A stretch of 64,000 nt of DNA. Source: a virus. Lineage: Duplodnaviria; Caudoviricetes. The stretch is from the IMG/VR virus record IMGVR_UViG_3300002220_000406, positions 869-64,868 of that record. One strand, written 5' to 3'. Below the pieces are notes generated by a model that worked only from the letters and a program-made list of their open reading frames with translations, was not told where the DNA came from and did no database searches. Of the stretch, positions 60,213 to 64,000 are shown piece after piece. Position 1 is the stretch's first letter; every line of letters starts with the position of its first letter. Both the position numbers and the translations under genes were made by a program.

Positions 60213-60614
60213 TTACGGCGTTCTGGTGAACCTTACGTCTTGCCCAACAAAACCAAAATAACCTGTATCAAATGTGCCTAGTCCGGTTCGATCTTTATAC
60301 AGCGGAGCGTTAGGCGTTAGCGGGTGGCAGTACCACCATCCACATTCATAATCGCCATCTCTGGCTAGGATGGGTCTGGGGTACCAACTCTGAAAGGAAT
60401 GCCCATAGCCTCCGTTGCGGATCAGACTGATGCCGGTGACTCGGGTCACGGGGGCCGATACTCCTCCACCCGATTCGCCGATCTGCCTGGTAGTGCCTTC
60501 GTCTAGTTGAGCGCGTAGCTGCTCAAACATCCATCTAAGCTCGTCGGTTGGGCCGCCGTTAAACCGGCCCAAATTGATTTGCCAACTCCACTGCGGGCCG
60601 TAGGGGCCGTTCAT
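60213..60614 (-). CDS. hypothetical tail protein (133 aa)
   Basis: Coupled to the nozzle-like gene (ATGA). Confidence 0.65.
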   Translation of the reverse strand: MNGPYGPQWSWQINLGRFNGGPTDELRWMFEQLRAQLDEGTTRQIGESGGGVSAPVTRVTGISLIRNGGYGHSFQSWYPRPILARDGDYECGWWYCHPLTPNAPLYKDRTGLGTFDTGYFGFVGQDVRFTRTP

Positions 60615-63028
60615 ATTCTTGCCTCCGATGTTTGAGACCCTGTGCCAAATACGTCCGTTTCTAACACATTGCCAATGATCTGAGGCTGAGAGCCTTTATA
60701 GCAAGCCATGTAGACCGATACACAATAAGACCGCGCTTCTTGAAGGGCGGGAAATACGTTGTAATGATGCTGAGATTTGCCCTCTGTGGGGAGTTCCGTG
60801 AAAAAGTCCTCTCCAATAAGCGCAAAAAGACCTGTCGCGGCCGGAGCCACGGTTCTGTCTATGGTCAATGTATTGGCTGACGGCGTTGCGGTAATATTAG
60901 TTATCAAGTAATCTTTGCCTGTTCCTCCGATGTCCGGCCCAAACAACGCGATCTTCTTGCCTATCCATGCAGTTCCGGTATTGATGGTGGAGGGCATAGT
61001 TACACTTGTGCCATTTGCCGATACGTTCCTGGCGTGGGTTTGAAATAGATTGGAGTGAAGCCCTATCACCACAGGAGTCCTCATGTCGTCTACCACCCCC
61101 TGCTCCGTTGCTATGGAGATTTCGTAAATATTTGCGCTGCGGCCCGTTGACATCAGTTTCTGCCACCTGCCGATCTCGCATATATTAGAGCGAACCGTTT
61201 CGTCGTTTTTGTTGAACTTATAGGCTGTGTATTGCCCATTGTCGTAGATCGAGCAGTACAGTTCACCCTTGACCTGCACCCCTGAGCGCCAATGCCCCGT
61301 TCTTTTGCCCGCCGAGGTGTAGGTTTCGTCTAAATAGACAGGGTCTGCCCAGGCTAAGGACTCTTGGCAAAATGACACGAACACATTTTGGTATGCAAAG
61401 ATAAAAGAGCTGGAGTCGGGGTCGTACATTACAACCACATCATCGGCGTCCCAATTCTTGGTAAACCTGGCCACTTCTCGGCCAAACTCGTAATCAATCC
61501 TGCCGTTCATATCCAAAACAGCTATGCCTACCCCTTCGATCCACATGGCAATAGTGTTGCCGCCTACAGCCCAGTTTTGCGGTCGTTTTAACCCTACGTC
61601 TGGAATCAGCGTGCCTACTACCACCGCGGGCAGCGCGTCTCCACGATTGCCCACGTACTCCAATGCGTGGATAGAGTTGCGACAGGCAACGATTGCCCTA
61701 CTTTCAAACTCTTTGTGCAGCACGTCGACCACGTCTTCGGGAAAGTATAAAAGATGCCTTGGATTGTAAGATTCAAAATAATTAGGCAGCGAGACCGCAC
61801 CTACGGTACCGCCTTCGGGATAAGCCCCAAGCACTACACCCACGTTTTCCATGCGTAAAAAATGACTGCCGCTTGGGGGAGGGTAATCGTAAATCCACGA
61901 GTCTTCTGGCAGAAGGTCGGCATCGGTAAAATCAAACGTCAAATTGCGGCTTGGCGCAGCGGCTACCGTGGACTCCGGGATCCCGTATATCCATTCAGTG
62001 TCTGTGCCTACGGACGTGGTTCGATACCCTATTCGGTAATACACACCGCTGGTGCCAAATCCTTGCTTAGTCGCAAATACGGCCCAATGCGTTTGCCCGT
62101 CCACTGCGGGAGGAAATGCAACTGTAATCGGATTGCCTACGGCTCCTGTGCTGACCTTGGAGCTTTCGCTGGCTAGGCTTCTGGCAGGAGCTGTCAGCGT
62201 TGTCAGATTGCCGGCGTCTTCTCGATATCTGATCGCAGCAACCTTTACCGCTATCTCGCCCTTTACAAGGCCGGTATACGCCGCGTTTGGAGCGATAACG
62301 ACCATGTTTGGGGCGCGAGGAGTCTCCAAGTTGGCTTGATCGTAATGCTTGTAGATTGCAATTTTCCCGTTGGGGTCCAAGACCGGCACACTGGCCACTT
62401 GCAAAACGGACGACAGCAGGATGTCAGTGCCGTACTCCATGGGGCAATTCAGCGTTGACAATGAAGCTGTCAAATCTAGTCGATTGGTATTTGCAATGGC
62501 ACCATTGTACGAGGTGTGCAAGGAAAACGTGTTGTTACTGATCCTTCTGACGTAATAGGCTGTGTTTATTGCTGCGCCTGTCGGGATCGTGGCGGAAAAG
62601 TAAACCACAGAGCCTGTTTGCATCTGTGTTGGCAGTCCCGTGTACGTAATGACATCTGTAGAGTTGTCGATGTTTTGCGCATTGACGGTGATGGCGCCAA
62701 ATCTTCGCTGTATAACCGCGCCCTCTTTCATAGCCCTGCCCACGCCTATCGTGTAGAGCTTTTGATCAAAATCCTCGATTACAGACCCAGACGCATTGCC
62801 CTGCTGTTCTTTTATTCCGCCCCATGTATCTCCTACCTGAAACATCACCGGAGCACCGGTTTGAGCTCCAAGAGAAGACACGCCTTGAAAAGGCATGTTA
62901 AACCCTTCCCCAAAGCGCATCAGGTTGAAAGAACCTTCCGCCGCAGTGGTATTGCCTCCTGCCAGCGCGTTTGAGCTGTCAGAATAGCCTCGGTCAAATA
63001 CGTGATGAAGTAAAAGCTGTCGTTTCAT
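60611..63028 (-). CDS. tail nozzle / DNA stabilisation protein (P22 gp10 / T7 gp12-like position)
   Basis: 805 aa, beta-rich, follows adaptor-sized genes as in podovirus tail modules. Confidence 0.6.
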   Translation of the reverse strand: MKRQLLLHHVFDRGYSDSSNALAGGNTTAAEGSFNLMRFGEGFNMPFQGVSSLGAQTGAPVMFQVGDTWGGIKEQQGNASGSVIEDFDQKLYTIGVGRAMKEGAVIQRRFGAITVNAQNIDNSTDVITYTGLPTQMQTGSVVYFSATIPTGAAINTAYYVRRISNNTFSLHTSYNGAIANTNRLDLTASLSTLNCPMEYGTDILLSSVLQVASVPVLDPNGKIAIYKHYDQANLETPRAPNMVVIAPNAAYTGLVKGEIAVKVAAIRYREDAGNLTTLTAPARSLASESSKVSTGAVGNPITVAFPPAVDGQTHWAVFATKQGFGTSGVYYRIGYRTTSVGTDTEWIYGIPESTVAAAPSRNLTFDFTDADLLPEDSWIYDYPPPSGSHFLRMENVGVVLGAYPEGGTVGAVSLPNYFESYNPRHLLYFPEDVVDVLHKEFESRAIVACRNSIHALEYVGNRGDALPAVVVGTLIPDVGLKRPQNWAVGGNTIAMWIEGVGIAVLDMNGRIDYEFGREVARFTKNWDADDVVVMYDPDSSSFIFAYQNVFVSFCQESLAWADPVYLDETYTSAGKRTGHWRSGVQVKGELYCSIYDNGQYTAYKFNKNDETVRSNICEIGRWQKLMSTGRSANIYEISIATEQGVVDDMRTPVVIGLHSNLFQTHARNVSANGTSVTMPSTINTGTAWIGKKIALFGPDIGGTGKDYLITNITATPSANTLTIDRTVAPAATGLFALIGEDFFTELPTEGKSQHHYNVFPALQEARSYCVSVYMACYKGSQPQIIGNVLETDVFGTGSQTSEARI

Positions 63029-63534
63029 TGTCCTGCTGCCAGTCTGGCTAGTTGAGAAACAAACTCCTGCTCCAGTCTTACGGGCAGTGTGTCTAAAAGT
63101 GGCACATAAGGCACATTGAAAATAACAGATGTGCCGTTGTTCACGTTCTTAAAAATCAGTTCGTCGCCTTCTTTATGTACAAAGGGCTCGGTTCTGGAGT
63201 CGGCCAAATTAAAGAACTCGTTAGAGTCCTTCCATTGAATAGGCTCGCGCGTAGAATTTACCTCGTAAAAGATGTTTCCGTAATGCAGCTTGTCTGTTAA
63301 TAACGTCAAAGCGGTGACCGGTAAGGTGACCCCAGACAATGCGATTTTTCCCGAGCTGACAGTGGCCGTGGTTGAAGACGGTGTCAAAAGAAAATCGCGT
63401 GCTAGCGGGCTTTCAGCGACCATTGCAGCGAGGCTAAACAAAGCCGCGTCAATGAAAGTGATAATCCTTGGAACCTCCGATGGAGGCAATCCAAGGCGCT
63501 GGCGTGCGTATATAGCGGCTTGTTCTGGCGTCAT
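63025..63534 (-). CDS. head-tail adaptor-like protein (169 aa)
   Basis: Helical N- and C-termini with a beta core; position before the nozzle. Confidence 0.5.
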   Translation of the reverse strand: MTPEQAAIYARQRLGLPPSEVPRIITFIDAALFSLAAMVAESPLARDFLLTPSSTTATVSSGKIALSGVTLPVTALTLLTDKLHYGNIFYEVNSTREPIQWKDSNEFFNLADSRTEPFVHKEGDELIFKNVNNGTSVIFNVPYVPLLDTLPVRLEQEFVSQLARLAAGQ

Positions 63535-64000
63535 CCTTTATACATAGCAATGGCTGGTACGGCTGTGGCACCGCCCGCTATCTCTCCTTTTGCTTTCTCA
63601 AAAATCTGAAGATAGTACACGCTCTGGTCTCCGTCTCCGCCATCTTTTAAAAGATTGCCGATCGCGCCCGCGACCACAGCATCCATATACGGCTCAGGAG
63701 CCTGAGGAACGGATGCTTTCGTAAAATCAGTGTAGACAACCCTATTTTTAAGCGACGTGGAAAGAAGGACGTTGCCCTCGATAAACCAAAAGTAAAGCGA
63801 CTCATTTTCATACATCCCTGACTGACGGTAAATCTCCCTTACCTCATCCGCACTTTTGCCTTGAATGGCTTGTTGACATTGAGGCAATACCTGCATCGTC
63901 GTCTCTGGGGCGGAAGTCGCCGACAATACAACAGGAATATTGTTCCACGCTTTGTATGGATTTGTCGCGAAACCGACCTTTGTGGGAGAGGATCGTATTA
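63531..64000 (-). CDS. 3' part of a virion (adaptor-like) protein, truncated at window end
   Basis: Frame is open from 63998 (IRSSPTKVGFATNPYKAWNNIPVVLSATS...) to the stop at 63531; EPYMDAVVAGA adaptor-like motif. Confidence 0.6.
   Translation of the reverse strand, partial: IRSSPTKVGFATNPYKAWNNIPVVLSATSAPETTMQVLPQCQQAIQGKSADEVREIYRQSGMYENESLYFWFIEGNVLLSTSLKNRVVYTDFTKASVPQAPEPYMDAVVAGAIGNLLKDGGDGDQSVYYLQIFEKAKGEIAGGATAVPAIAMYKG

Noticed and set aside
1-64000. Lysogeny module, DGR/retron reverse transcriptase, DNA methyltransferase, DNA polymerase, tRNA genes, stop-codon recoding
   Set aside because: No integrase, CI-like repressor, RT (YxDD), MTase motifs, polymerase motifs or cloverleaf were recognised. 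Long ORFs read cleanly in the standard code. A distant homologue could have been missed without searches.

Overview
This window looks like a nearly complete ~64 kb lytic dsDNA tailed-phage genome with a podovirus-like (P22/T7-style) virion. No integrase, repressor, DNA polymerase, reverse transcriptase, methyltransferase, tRNA or CRISPR array was recognised. Most genes are on the minus strand: terminase large subunit, scaffold, major capsid, adaptor- and nozzle-like proteins, tail/decoration proteins (one ending in a Hint domain), a portal with a zinc-ribbon insertion, probable ejection proteins, and a 6,096-aa polyvalent protein. That giant protein carries, by motif reading, GrpE-like, ADP-ribosyltransferase-like, GNAT, ParB/DdrB-like, L,D-transpeptidase, Ogg-like HhH glycosylase and HExxH peptidase domains. 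Replication uses a lambda-O-like initiator with internal iterons, a T7 gp4/Twinkle-type helicase and a RepB/AEP-like primase. The most unusual part is 9.95-19.4 kb. It starts with a 4x~57-bp tandem repeat, a G-quadruplex motif and a dense CTCGAG/CTCCGAG cluster. By eye it is almost free of GGCC, CCWGG and GGWCC, which are common elsewhere in the genome. It holds two divergent early operons driven by twin sigma70 promoters, encoding at least 11 paralogous small acidic proteins and 4 paralogous zinc ribbons, and it splits the lysis cassette. Together these suggest, as inference, a staged-entry anti-defence system. Functional calls come from motif recognition only and no database searches were run.
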